64,000 nucleotides of DNA from Octopus bimaculoides (Eukaryota): positions 52,526,325-52,590,324 of the forward strand of contig NC_068982.1 of assembly GCF_001194135.2 (NCBI RefSeq). The letters run 5' to 3'. Made by a program: the position numbers and the translations under genes. Shown in pieces: positions 39,773-51,880 of the stretch (its first letter is position 1; each line of letters opens with the position of its first letter). The notes under the pieces are model-generated. The model had not been told where the DNA came from. It did not search any database and saw only the letters and a program-made list of their open reading frames with translations.

Positions 39773-40492
39773 GTGTGTGTGTATGTATGTGTATGGCTGT
39801 ATGCATTTCACTGTATCAACCAGCCAATCGGATATTACACATTGCTTGTCACAATTTTCTTGATCGCGTTTTTCTTTTCTATCTTGGCTCAAATCGTTTA
39901 AGTAAGTCGTCTTCCCATATACAGGAAAAACGAAAATATAATACAAAGTGACAAGCGTAAATCTGACTCCTTCTTATGTCACCAATTGAGATCATACATT
40001 TTTGACACCTAAGCCAATAGTGTTCATTCCAATGGTGCCTCTAATTCATTAGATTTGTAAAGGTACAAACAAGTGCATACGACTATAAAAATTAAATAAA
40101 TAAAAACAAAACGGGAAAGCGCAAAACGAAACGAACAGAAAACATACAAGTAAGACTAGTTGAGAACTGAGAAGGTGCCGGACGAAATGAATAGGGAAAC
40201 GTATAGAAGGGATCATACGACATGCCGATAAATTTAAGATAGTAAAATAAACGAACAAGACGAAACGAGATGGTAAATAAAATAATGCACAGAGTAAAAT
40301 AGAGCACATTATGACTCAAAACAATAAACCGAGAGAGACCATAATAGAACATTTTGCAGGGAGAGGAGGTGGAAAACAATAGCAGAGGAATGAAGACAGA
40401 GACAGCAAAGGGGGAAATTTGTTAGTAGAACAATGAGGGAGAGACGGAGATAAAAGGGTTATAGCTGATGTGTGTGTGTGTGTGTACAGAGT

Positions 40493-40531
<39 letters not shown>

Positions 40532-40847
40532 CACTTTTCTCTTATGAATGATAGGCAAGGTTAACCATCCTGACATGATTTTTACACTCTGAACCTGGAG
40601 GTAGAAGTTTGTGACAAAATATCGTAATACTGTTAAGTAATTTAGTGTTGTGCTCAAATGTCACTATGGTTATTTGTCGTATAAATTGGTTATATAGTGA
40701 GTCAGGCAACTGGAAGATGATAAATATCTATTGAATAACATTATCTTCATTAATCCATTAGTTAAGACTAATATTAGTTAGAGCTCTCTCACTTTAATTA
40801 CCAATCATCTCTCTGTTAGCAACAGGTATAGAATATTATTTAATATT

Positions 40848-41290
40848 TTTTTCTACTCTAGGTACAAGGCCTGAAATTTTGGGGGAGGGGGCCAGTCGAT
40901 TAGATCGACCCCAGTATGCAACTGGTACTTAATTTATCGACTCCGAAGGATTAAAGGCAAAGTCGACTTCAGCAGAATTTGAACTCAGAGCGTAAAGACA
41001 TACAAAATACCTCTAAGCATTTCGCCCGGCGTGCTAACGTTTCTGCCAGCTCACTGCCTTAATATTATTTAATATTCTTTTCTACTCTAGGCACAAGGCC
41101 CGAAATCTTTGGGGAAGGGGCCAGTTGATTAGATCGCCCCCAGTACGCAACTGGTACTTTTTTTATCGACCCCGAAAGGATGAAAGGCAAAGTCGACCTC
41201 GGCGGAACTTGAACTCAGAACGTAAAGACAGACTAAATACCGTTTAGCATTTCGCCCGTCGTGCTAACGTTTTTGCCAGCTCGCCGCCTT
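40848..41290 (-). mobile_element. Two well-preserved tandem SINE A copies
   Basis: Separated and flanked by aatattatttaatatt at 40832, 41061 and (one base shorter) 41291. Confidence 0.9.
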
Positions 41291-41810
41291 AATATTATTA
41301 ATATTTAACAACTTAATGAGTCACAGCAGCACTGATGTGTTCTGGGGGAATGTTCTGCTTTTAGACTACGGATAACACACGGAAAGACCTGGTCTGGTAG
41401 TATGACAAGAGGTCGTTGCTGGTTCAAGGTAATCTCTACAAGCACAGAAGTATCGTTTAGCAGGGGAATTCAAGATACGCGCAAAGAACGAAACCGGTCC
41501 TTTTACATATTTCCTCCAGAACATCCTTCTGGAACGTCAACTCATTTTTCTCAGTACAGGAGATAAAGTGACTGGTCATGGCCAGACATTTTAAACAATA
41601 TTAGTTTGCGTTTACAGACAACTTAAAATGGCTGCTACTGACCAAAGACAACGATTCCAGATAGTTCAATTTGATATTACAGACAAAGCAAACAAAATGA
41701 CAAAGGACAAATATTTTACGATGATTTTTTTAACAGAAAATTCCAACATTGAGGTAGACATTCGTAACGATATAGCAGATAACAATTTTTTTTACACACG
41801 TTTTGGTAAT

Positions 41811-41868
<58 letters not shown>

Positions 41869-42089
41869 TAATAATAATAACGTATCGAATGTAGCAGAAG
41901 CCTTATATATCTAGATATCTATTACAAAATAACCATCATACCGACTTCAGAAGCAAGGAAAACAAATACAAATTGCCACAAAACACACACACACAAAAAA
42001 CTGTTTTCAGTTTTTAAAGAGGCTGGTAAATAAAAGAAAGAAGTCATTGTACCTAACAACTAAGAAGACAAAGAAGAAACAACAAAAGC

Positions 42090-42985
42090 TGTAGAACAAC
42101 AAACAGCAACGGATCATGATAAAACGATGGCAAAAAGGCCCCTTCATGAAAAATACTGGAAAGGAATAGACAGAGCAAAATCCCAGCAATGGCTGAGAAG
42201 CTCAGGACTCAAAGTAGAGACTTGAAGGATTTATAATTGCAGCACAAGACCAAAGCCGTCTCACCAGAAATTACCAAAAACATGTAATGCAAAGAAACAC
42301 AAGTAACTGCAGAATATGTGGAGATGGAGACGAAACAATAAATCATATTTCTCTGGCTGCCCAGTCCTGGTTAAGAAGGAATATATTCACAGACACGACA
42401 GAGTTGGGACCTATATACACTGGAAGCTCTGCCAACACTATGGAATAACAACACTAAAAAAAAAAATGATATACGCCAGAAAAGGTCACAGAAAATCAAA
42501 AAGCAATCATACTCTGGGATATGCCTATACACACAAATGGGGAAATTAAGGCAAACAGGCCGGATATAGTTGTCAGAGATCATGAAGAAAAAATGCTTTC
42601 TAATCGATGTATCAATACTAACAGATGACAATGTTTCTCTAAAAGAAACGGAGCAACTTTTAAAATACAGAGATTTGGAAATAGAGGTAACTCGAATGTG
42701 GAATCTAAAAACAATTCCTATTATAGTAGGCACATTAGGTATGATAAAAAAAGTATTAAGACAAATACATAACCAAAACACCAGGACTAACAAATATAAA
42801 TGACATACAGAAAATAACACTACTAGGCGCCGCACATATCCTACGTAAAACACTTTCAATACAGTAAAAATAAGAGCATCACAACAAACCACAGCACATA
42901 CCTAAGGTACACAGAGCTGCGCTCAGTAGTGCAGTGGAAGCACGTGATAAAAATAAGACTACTGAATAATCATAATAATAATAAT
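42090..42985 (+). mobile_element. R4/Dong-like LINE 3' region (CCHC knuckle plus PD-(D/E)xK endonuclease)
   Basis: QWLRSSGLKVET, FIIAAQDQ, CRICGDGDETINH, GCPVLVKKEYIHRHD, NRPDIVVRD, FLIDVSI, KYRDLEIEVTRMW, with frameshifts. Confidence 0.92.
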
Positions 42986-43175
42986 GATAATGATGATGAT
43001 GATGGTGATGTGATGATTTCTTTATCAACTATAGAGGGTTTACATTATAAGACATTAAGGATGCCACAGGATAAAGCAGCAAGTATGTGTGTGTATGTGT
43101 TTGTGCCTGTGCATGTGCATGTGTGTTGGCGTGAGAGTATTTTTGTGTAAATAAGTTTAAAATAAAAGAATCATA

Positions 43176-43327
43176 CAGTTCTATATTTAAGAGATGAGGA
43201 ATTATGTACATTATTTACAATTGACGGATATTTGTCCTCGTCTTGTTTGTTGTTAACACAACATTTCGGCTGATATACCCTCCAGCCTTCATCAGGTGTC
43301 TTGGGGAAATTTCGAACCTGGGTTCTT
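43176..43327 (-). mobile_element. Hammerhead SINE, 5'-truncated inverted copy
   Basis: Reverse complement of 43528-43638 with few differences, plus the 3' tail. Confidence 0.88.
43255..43300 (-). ncRNA. Minimal type I hammerhead ribozyme with one substitution
   Basis: GACAC-CTGATGA-A-GGCTG-loop-CAGCC-GAAA-TGTT-GTGTT. Confidence 0.65.
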
Positions 43328-43382
43328 CTACCCTTCCTTAATTAGATTTATAAGCCCTAAAATTCACTCTATAATTGCCCAC

Positions 43383-43447
43383 GGATATATGGCGTAGTGG
43401 TTAAGAGCGCGGGCTACTAACCCCAAGATTTCGAGTCCAAGCAGTGA

Positions 43448-43501
<54 letters not shown>

Positions 43502-43638
43502 CAACATCGAAAAATACCTTAGGAACGAGATCCCAGGTTCGAAATTTCCCCAAAACACCTGATGAAGGCTGGAGGGTATATCAGCCGAAACGTTGTGTTA
43601 ACAACAAACAAGATGAGGACAAATATCCGTTAATTGTA
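43383..43638 (+). mobile_element. tRNA-headed SINE-like element carrying a hammerhead ribozyme
   Basis: A-box TGGCGTAGTGG at 43390-43400, eroded B-box ttcgagtcc, (AAT)n at 43452-43497, then HHR body. Confidence 0.75.
43554..43599 (+). ncRNA. Minimal type I hammerhead ribozyme
   Basis: Stem I AACAC/GTGTT, core CTGATGA, extra A, stem II GGCTG/CAGCC, GAAA, loopless stem III on palindromic ACGT, predicted cut after GUU (43594). Confidence 0.78.
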
Positions 43639-43679
43639 CGGAGGGGATGTACGCAAGTTACTTACAGAAAATCCCCATA

Positions 43680-44450
43680 AAACCACGACTGCCCTGGCTT
43701 CTGGGGCAGGTGCTTTTTCTCGGATCTTTAGCTCCGATTCATAGGTGCATGCTCAGGGCAGGCCCGTTCATTTACACCATGCTCATCACTTTCATCGGCT
43801 TCCAACAAAATGGCTGGAAGGCAACACCTCTCTCCATCCTTATTTTTCTTTTCAAACTTTGATGAGGGATTGACCAAAGAGGAAAACGTTTATCTTCAAT
43901 CCCTTTTATCGCGTCCACTATACAACTTCTTTCGTCATGGCTATCAATTCAACCTGGTTGAAAAAGGAGGAGCGATCTTCACGATAGATTCAGTTGATAG
44001 CCGGATCCGTCCTACATTTGACAGCATATGTTCGACATAAACCCACATGTTCAACAATGCTCGGGCACTGAACAAGTGCGTACAGGACAATTTCGTCGGA
44101 GCTGCTTAGATGACAGCACTCCCATGCCTGTAGAGTTCACTCGAACCAGAAATGCTCCCCGGTACCACTGCCGTGCCAAGGATTTCTGGAAGTTATCCGT
44201 TGACCTTGGGCTAGAAGTTCTCTGGAAGAGAGTGACAAGTTGCTTGTTTTCGAAGCCCAGAATTTCCCCAAGAACGACATAGCTGCTATCTTTCTCTAAT
44301 TCTCAATAAAACGCTGAAGTGGATTTTCCACTATCGCAGTACTCGACTGGCTAAGGGCTGTGGGTGCTTGAAGACACTCAACTTTCTAGCTTGCTCTCTC
44401 GGTCTATGCTTGATCCAAGATTGCAATCATGTCAAGGAGACAAGCTAGGG
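43680..44450 (+). mobile_element. Degenerate L1/Tx1-like 3' region
   Basis: CSGTEQ...YHCRAKDFWKL and ILNKTLKWIFHYR resemble the C-terminal zinc-binding region of L1-clade ORF2. Confidence 0.4.
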
Positions 44451-44589
44451 AAACAGGCATCTGGCGAGCGGCAACCACTCCTGTTTGGAAACGCTGGCGA
44501 TGTCGTAGCTTCAGCGCATGTTTGCGTTTCACCAGCCATGGCATGCCCAGTCAACTATGCGGCAGATGTTGATGCTAATGTATCAACGT

Positions 44590-44735
44590 GGAGGCGCATG
44601 GCTTAGTGGTTGAGAAGTTGGACTCATGATCGTAAGATTGTGGTTTCGATTCTTGGACCGGACGATGCGTTGTGTCCTTTAGCGAAACACTTTATTTCAC
44701 GTTGCTCCAGCTGGTAAAAGTGAGTAAACCTGCGC
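44590..44735 (+). mobile_element. SINE family C, 5' part
   Basis: ggaggcgcatggcttagtgg, gtttcgattc, cactttatttcacgttgctccag. Confidence 0.8.
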
Positions 44736-45136
44736 TCTTTACGGAGTAATGCGAGCTAATCAATTTATGAACGCCGGGAATATGAAAAGCGATTTCAACA
44801 GGAATTTAAACGGAAGAAAGCAAGCAACTCAATGCATTTTCTCCACTATTCTTTCTCTTCTCACCCCCTATGCTTTTTAAATAATTATTATAATGATTTC
44901 GAACATAATCAAAAGGCCATAATCTTTGTTGAAGATTAAATTGACTCTGCTGTTTTACTTAGTAATTCATAAATAAATAGATGGCAAAGAAGCATAAAGT
45001 AGACCACGATAGGATTTGATTTGAACTTAGCGCATAAGGGACGTAACCGAACAACGCAAAGCAATTTTCCTGGGCCCCCAAGGATCCTGCCAGCTTGTTG
45101 CTAAACTAACAGTATTCGTCTTAACAAAAGAAAAAT

Positions 45137-45168
<32 letters not shown>

Positions 45169-45274
45169 CAACAATCGTAGTAGTAATAGTTGTTGTAGTA
45201 ATTGTATTAGTAGTTGTAGTAGTAGTAGCTATTCTATGTATTGAGGGAGCATCAACCACAGCAACAGCAACATC

Positions 45275-45305
<31 letters not shown>

Positions 45306-45799
45306 ATATTATGATTAGTAGTAGTAGTAGTGTTGGTATCGGTAACTGTGGTGGTGGTGGTGGTGGTGGTGGTGGTGGTAGAAGACTGTATAGTGACAGC
45401 ATCAACCACAACGTCAGTAGTACCAGTAGTTGTGTAGCAGTGTAGTAGTAGTAGCAGTAGAAGTTGTAGTAGCAGTAGTATATACTGTCTCCATATTGTG
45501 GTAGCATGAAACATAACAGTAGTAGCCACGCGTAGATGTATTGACAATGGCTGCAGCGGTAGCTGTTACCATAGTTACGGTAGCTATATCAACAACAATA
45601 AAAGGTGTAAAGTGAAATAGAGTAGAAATAGAATGAAGTGAAATAGAGATACAGTCCTACAAGCGAAGAATACGAGCTGGTTTCAATTCCACTTATACAC
45701 CCATGATAAAAGCTTAACAGTAACTTCTTTTACATTACTTCTAAAATATGGGGACTTTGTTCCAAGTTCGAAGAAACCAAATGTGATATCTAACATTAG

Positions 45800-46557
45800 A
45801 ACAGGGTCCCAATTTGGAGTAAGGTCTCGTCGATTACATAAACACTTCGGTAATTTATTTCATCAATTCCGGAAAGGTAATAGCCAAATTTGACATCGGT
45901 GGTATTTGAACTCTGAACGTAAAATAACGAAAGTAAATATGTCAAGACCTTTTACTCGTCTTTCTATCGTTTCTGCCAAGAGACCGCCCCAGGAATCAAT
46001 ATTGGTTTTAAATTTTGGCACAAGGCTAGCAATTTCGAGTGAGTGGGTGAGTCGATTACATTAACTCCTGCGCTCAACTGGTACTTATCTTATCGACCCC
46101 GAAATGATGAAAAAGCGGAGTAGACCTCGGCGGAATTTGAACTCAGATGAAGACGGACGAAATCCTGCTAAGCATTTGTCCGGAGTGCAAAGAATTCTAC
46201 TTGCTCGCCGCCTTACCTTGCCTCCATAAATCAATATTAATAATATATAAAGCATAGTGATAATGTTTTCTTATATAATATCCACGTGATAATTTTTTTT
46301 AAGCAAAGTATAGACTTTTAGCACTATCATTAATATAAATATCAAAGCGGTGAGCTGGCAGAATCGTTAGTACGCTGGGCGAAATGCTTAGCGGTATTTC
46401 GCCCATCGCTACGTTCTGAGTTCAAATTCCAGTGAGGTCGACTTTCTCTTTCATCCTTTCGGGGTCGATAAATTAAGTACCAGTTGCGTACTGGGTCGAT
46501 CCAATCGACTGGCCCCTCCCACCAAATTTCAGGTCTTGCGCCTAGAGTAGAAAGGAT
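45800..46557. mobile_element. SINE A copies: two minus, one plus (inverted pair)
   Basis: 45800-45990 and 46005-46215 on minus; 46345-46557 on plus. Confidence 0.8.
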
Positions 46558-47202
46558 TAATGTTCAATATAACCTATATATGAGCTAAACATAGCAGTCA
46601 AATTTTCCTTAAACCGCTTAAAGTACACCCTACCGTCAGAAAAACAGAAAAGGAAAGGACATGATGGTTGGTACAATTTTGAAGAAGGGACGGTGTGGTC
46701 AAAATCTGAATGCATTTGATCATATAAGCTCACGAAGCTAAATCGCCCCCACCCCCAAAAAGACAAAACAACATCATGCCTGAAAGTAAAGAACGCGCTA
46801 CATGGTTTCGATTCCAAGTTGAACCTATTCATTTCACTGGTACTGTTATAGTAATAGCTTTGTGTTTTTTTCTTCTAAAATATGTGGAGTTTTACCCTGA
46901 CTAAAAAAATTAACCAGTACTTATTAACATCTGAAACAGGGATTGATCTGGCGGAATCATTACCTTGACGGACAAAATGTTTAGTGGCACTTCTTCCATT
47001 TTACATTCTGAGTTCAAATTTCTCCTGCGGATACTCTGCCTTCCATCGTTTCGGAGTTGAAAACAAAAGTCAATGTAATCGACTAGCTCATCCTTCCAAA
47101 TTTCAGGCCTTTTGCCTAAAGCAGAAGGTGTTATTTATAGCTAAAATTATAATGATAAAAGTTTATTACATGATATGCATAAAACAAAAGTATACCGGGC
47201 AA

Positions 47203-47253
47203 GTATGCCGGTTTAGCATGTATGCCGGTTTAGCATGTATGCCGGTTTAGCAT
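47203..47253. repeat. 17-bp tandem repeat x3 (gtatgccggtttagcat)
   Basis: Three perfect units. Confidence 0.9.
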
Positions 47254-47372
47254 AGTCTCTTCATATCTTGAGGCAGGTTTCGAGGTAAGAAAAGCAAAAA
47301 TTACTAAATAGTGAAACACAAGGCCATCATCATTATCAATGCTGTCATTATCATCATTATAAAATAATGATA

Positions 47373-47757
47373 GGAGGCGCAATGGCCCAGTGGTTGGGGC
47401 AGCGGACTCGCGGTCATAGGATCGCGGTTTCGATTCCCAGACCGGGTGTTGTGAGTGTTTATTGAGCGAAAACACCTAAAGCTCCACGAGGCTTCGGCAG
47501 GGGATGGTGGCGAACCCTGCTGTACTCTTTCACCACAACTTTCTCTCACTCTAACTTCCTGTTTCTGTTGTGCCTGTAATTCAAAGGGTCAGCCTTGTCA
47601 CACTGTGTCACGCTGAATATCTCCGAGAATTACGTTAAGGGTACACGTGTCTGTGGAGTGCTCAGCCATTTGCATGTTAATTTCACGAGCAGGCTATTCC
47701 GTTGATCGGATCAACTGGAACCCTCGACGTCGTAAGCGACGGAGTGCCAACAACAAC
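47373..47757 (+). mobile_element. SINE family B, full length with TSD
   Basis: aataatgata at 47363-47372 and 47758-47767. Confidence 0.92.
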
Positions 47758-47774
47758 AATAATGATATTAATAA

Positions 47775-48228
47775 TAACCCTTCCTATTGTAGGCACAAGG
47801 CCTGAAATTTGGGGGAGGGGGATAGTCGATTACATCGACTCCAGTGCTCGACTGATACTTATTTTATTGATCCCGAAGAATGAAAAGCAAAGTCGATCTC
47901 GGCGGCATTTGAACTCAGACAGTAAAGTCGGAAGAAAAACCGCCAAGCATATTTTTCGGGCGCGCTAGCGATTGTGCCAGCTCGCCGTTTTCAAGTATTA
48001 ATATTAATAATAACAATAATCATTTGTACTCTAGGCAAAAGGCCCGAAATTTTTGGGGAGAGGTCCAGTCGATTATATCGACCTAAATATGCAACTGGTA
48101 CTTAATTTATCGACCCCAAAAGGATGAAAGTCGGTCTCGGCGGAATTTGAACTTAGACCGTAGCTATGGGCAAAATACCGCTAAGCATTTCGTCCAGCGC
48201 GCTAAAGATTTTGCCAGCTCACCGCCTT
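47775..48228 (-). mobile_element. Two SINE A copies
   Basis: Consensus motifs. Confidence 0.85.
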
Positions 48229-48329
48229 TAATTAATAATAGTAGTAGAAGTAGTAGTAGTAGTAATAACAAGTGTGAGAGTAGTAGTAGCAGTACAGGTA
48301 CTACTACTTCAACTAGTAGTAGTAGTAGT

Positions 48330-48517
48330 AGTGGTGTTGTTGGTGGGTGGTAGTGGTGTTGTTGGTGGGTGGTAGTGGTGTTGTTGGTGGGTGGTAGTGG
48401 TGTTGTTGGTGGGTGGTAGTGGTAGTAGTGATGGGAGAAGTAGTTGCAACGAAAGAAGAAGAAAGAGAAGAAGAAGAAGAAGAAGAAAGAGAAGAAGAAG
48501 AAGAAGAAGAAGAAGAA

Positions 48518-48549
<32 letters not shown>

Positions 48550-48632
48550 AGAAAGAGAAGAAGAAGAAGAAGAAGAAGAAGAAGAAGAAGAAGAAGAAGA
48601 AGAAGAAGAAGAAGAAGAAGAAGAAGAAGAAG
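48330..48632. repeat. GT-rich minisatellite (ggtgttgttggtgggtggtagt, about 4 copies) and long (GAA)n
   Basis: Directly visible. Confidence 0.9.
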
Positions 48633-48974
48633 ACTCACTAACGAACGGCAGTAATAAAAGTAGCTGAGACATTAACGGTACTAGCAGCAGCAGCTGCAGA
48701 AGCAACAGCTGTCGCAAAAGAACCAGTACTGCTGCTTCCCAGTATAGAGCGGCAACAGAAGCAACTTCTACTGCTTTGAACTGGGGCCTGCGACAGTAGT
48801 AATAGTAATAGCAGCAGCAGCAGCAGCAGCAGTACTCTCCCCACTCATCACAACCTCCACCACCACCACTAACAACAATAACAACAGCAACTGCAGAAGC
48901 TGTAGTAGAAATGGTGGTGGTGGTGGTGACGGTGGTGGTCTCAAAAGGTAGAAAATACCGCCAAAGAAACTCTT

Positions 48975-49345
48975 ATCTTTTGTTTTTTACTTATTTCAGT
49001 CATTTGACTCCAGCCATGCTAGGACATCACCTTGAAGGGTTTTAGTCGGACAAATCGATCTCAAGCCTTATTTCGTTAAGCCTAGTACTTACTCTATTGG
49101 TGTTTTTGTGCCGAACCGCTAAGTTACGAGTACGTAAACACGCCAACACTGGTTGTCAAACGGTGGTGGGGAACAAACTCAGATACAAAGAAAAACACAC
49201 ATAGATATGCATGCATATACGACAGGCTTCTTTCAGTTTCCGTCTGCCAAATCCACTCACAAGGTTTTGTCGGCCCGGGGCTTATAGTAGGAGATATTTC
49301 GTCAAGTGGGATTGGATCCACAACTATGTGGTTGGGAAGCAAGCT
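48975..49345 (-). mobile_element. SINE family D
   Basis: Reverse complement of the 60940-61335 copy. Confidence 0.85.
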
Positions 49346-49358
49346 TCTCAACACACAA

Positions 49359-49419
<61 letters not shown>

Positions 49420-49433
49420 TATGTATATGTATA

Positions 49434-49474
<41 letters not shown>

Positions 49475-49475
<1 letters not shown>

Positions 49476-49810
49476 GGTGCGTGGCTCAGTGGTTAGAGCG
49501 TCGAGCTTACGATCGTGAAGTTGTGAGTTCGAATCCCGGACCGGGCTGCGTGTTGTGTTCTTGTTGAGCAAGACACTTTATTTCACGTTGCTCCAGTTCA
49601 CTCAGCTGTAGAAATGAGTTGCGACGTCACTGGTGCCAATCTGCATCGGCCTTTGCCTTTCCCTTGGATAACATCAGTGGTGTGGAGCGGGGAGGCTAGT
49701 ATATGCATGGGCGACTGCTGGTCTTCCATAAACAACCTTGCCCGGTTTGTGCCTGGGAGGGTAACTTTCTAGGTGTAATCCCATGGTCAGTCATGACCAA
49801 AGGGGTTCTT
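49475..49810 (+). mobile_element. SINE with family C head and middle but a different tail
   Basis: gagcaagacactttatttcacgttgctccag followed by gcgacgtcactggtgcc...catgacc, unlike the 61794 tail. Confidence 0.75.
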
Positions 49811-50063
49811 TACCCTACAGTCATCCTTATACCGTCGATTTGCACGTGCGCGTATGTATGTATGAATGTATGTATGTATGTATGTATGTATGTATGTATG
49901 TATGTATGTATGTGTGTGCGTGCGTGTGTGCGTGCGTGTGTGTGTATGTATGCACGTACGGATGTACGTTTATATTTTATTTTTTAGTGCATTTATTCAT
50001 ATCTATCTATCTGCCAATAGGTGAGTATATGCATATACATATTTTTGTATATATACATACATA

Positions 50064-50100
<37 letters not shown>

Positions 50101-50501
50101 ACACACACACACACATATATATATATGCGAGTAAAAATAAATACAAAAAAAGGTGGGTTTTTTTGTATGATTGTGTATAGAGGAATATATTATTTTGTTT
50201 AAAAGAGTTCCAACACTGTCTGTTTTTTATGTTTTATTTATATTCCTGCAGAACTAATGTGGGGTATAGAATATGGAATATACAATATATAATATAATAT
50301 ACAATATCCAATATAAGATAAAATAAAATAAAAATGGATGGCACCATGAAAGAAAGTATTGAATGTAGATGAAATATTGAGTGTTCAATATAANNNNNNN
50401 NNNNNNNNNNNNNNNNNNNNNNNNNNNNNNNNNNNNNNNNNNNNNNNNNNNNNNNNNNNNNNNNNNNNNNNNNNNNNNNNNNNNNNNNNNNNNNNNNNNN
50501 N

Positions 50502-51880
50502 CTTTCCCTCCTTCAAACGAACCCATAGCCTGCGTGACCTCCAGGTCTGCAGTTTCTTCCCTACCCCCTCTCCCAGCCTGGGTCTTTCCCCTTCTCCTGC
50601 CCACGATGTCGCACCTGCCCTTACCTCTCCCAAACCACCATCCTCACATGCACCCATCACTATCCTTATCACGTCACCAAATCCTTTAGCTGCACCTCTA
50701 GTAATGTTATTTACTGCATCACCTGCTTTCTCTATCTTTTCCTGTGCATTGGCTGACCGGTTCGTGGAGCATCTCTGAGACATCAGACTTGGCAATGATG
50801 CCTCGGTCTAGGGCCACTTCTGCTTTATCGGTCATTAGCTACAACATCTGTCTGTCTTCGGACTGTCTCTGCACAGGGGTCACCTGGACTCCCGCCTTCA
50901 ACACAAACAAGAACTAATCTTCTCTTTTCACTCCTTTGCAGCATTTCGGCTCAGCTCACCTCTCTTCATCGGACACTAACCGCTGTCAGATCCCCACACA
51001 ACTCTTACATTCAACTTCCACCTCTACCTACACACCTGCATACCGCCTACCTCGGTACCATCAGCACTCATGCACCACTATACAAACATCCATATACTGT
51101 TCAACTCATCACCCACTTCACACACCATTACACACATACCCAAAGCACCTTCCCACAACACCTTCCCACTGCACACATACTAGCAGCGACCACGTCTCAG
51201 CACCCACACCACACCCCATTATGCACACAACCACACACAATCTTCAATAGCGTCACCACACATACCACTATACGAGCAGCCATACACACTATTTAACTCA
51301 GTACACATACCTTCATGCACACTCCCACATTCATACAAGTACGTAATACCTGAACACAGGCAATATATACCCACACGCAATACGCATAAACGCACAAACA
51401 CACTATGCACATGCATATTATTTGGTCACAGTCACACACATACACACATACACATGTGCACACACCACTTGAAAAATCACACACCAACAGCTACACATAA
51501 CACATATGCACACACACGTCAAACTCACTCTCCTCAATTCACGCACACACACTCACACACTATTCTCACATGCACACACGCTCGCACACCTTAGTTCGTT
51601 GGGATCACCATTATTATATCCCTTTAATTCAACCTCTTTTTTATTTTTATCTCCCTTTCATTCAACCTCTTCTTTTCTAATCATCTCGCTATGTTGCACA
51701 CAGGTTTATTTTCTCCGTATTTTTTCGTTCTCTCTCCATTTCTATCTCTTACTCCTCTCTGTCGCAGAGCGTAGGCTCGAAACGTAAAAGAGTTTTCCAT
51801 TTTCCTCGAGCGTTAAACAAATACGCCTGCTTGTTGTTCCTACACCTGTCTTCGTCTTTTGACTATTTTTTGTAAATTTG
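50502..51880 (+). mobile_element. Penelope-like element 3' end (GIY-YIG endonuclease plus terminal repeat)
   Basis: CPRCRTCPY, SFSCTSSNVIYCITC, LADRFVEHL, LSVFGL, QELIF at about 50502-50950; hammerhead-like motif at 51759-51790. Confidence 0.88.

Noticed and set aside
40160-40215. ctgagaagg...gacgaaa
   Set aside because: Core is not CTGANGA and stem II has only about 2 bp.
43383-43450. SINE heads as real tRNA genes (also 47373, 61794)
   Set aside because: No complete cloverleaf or acceptor stem; they run into SINE bodies.
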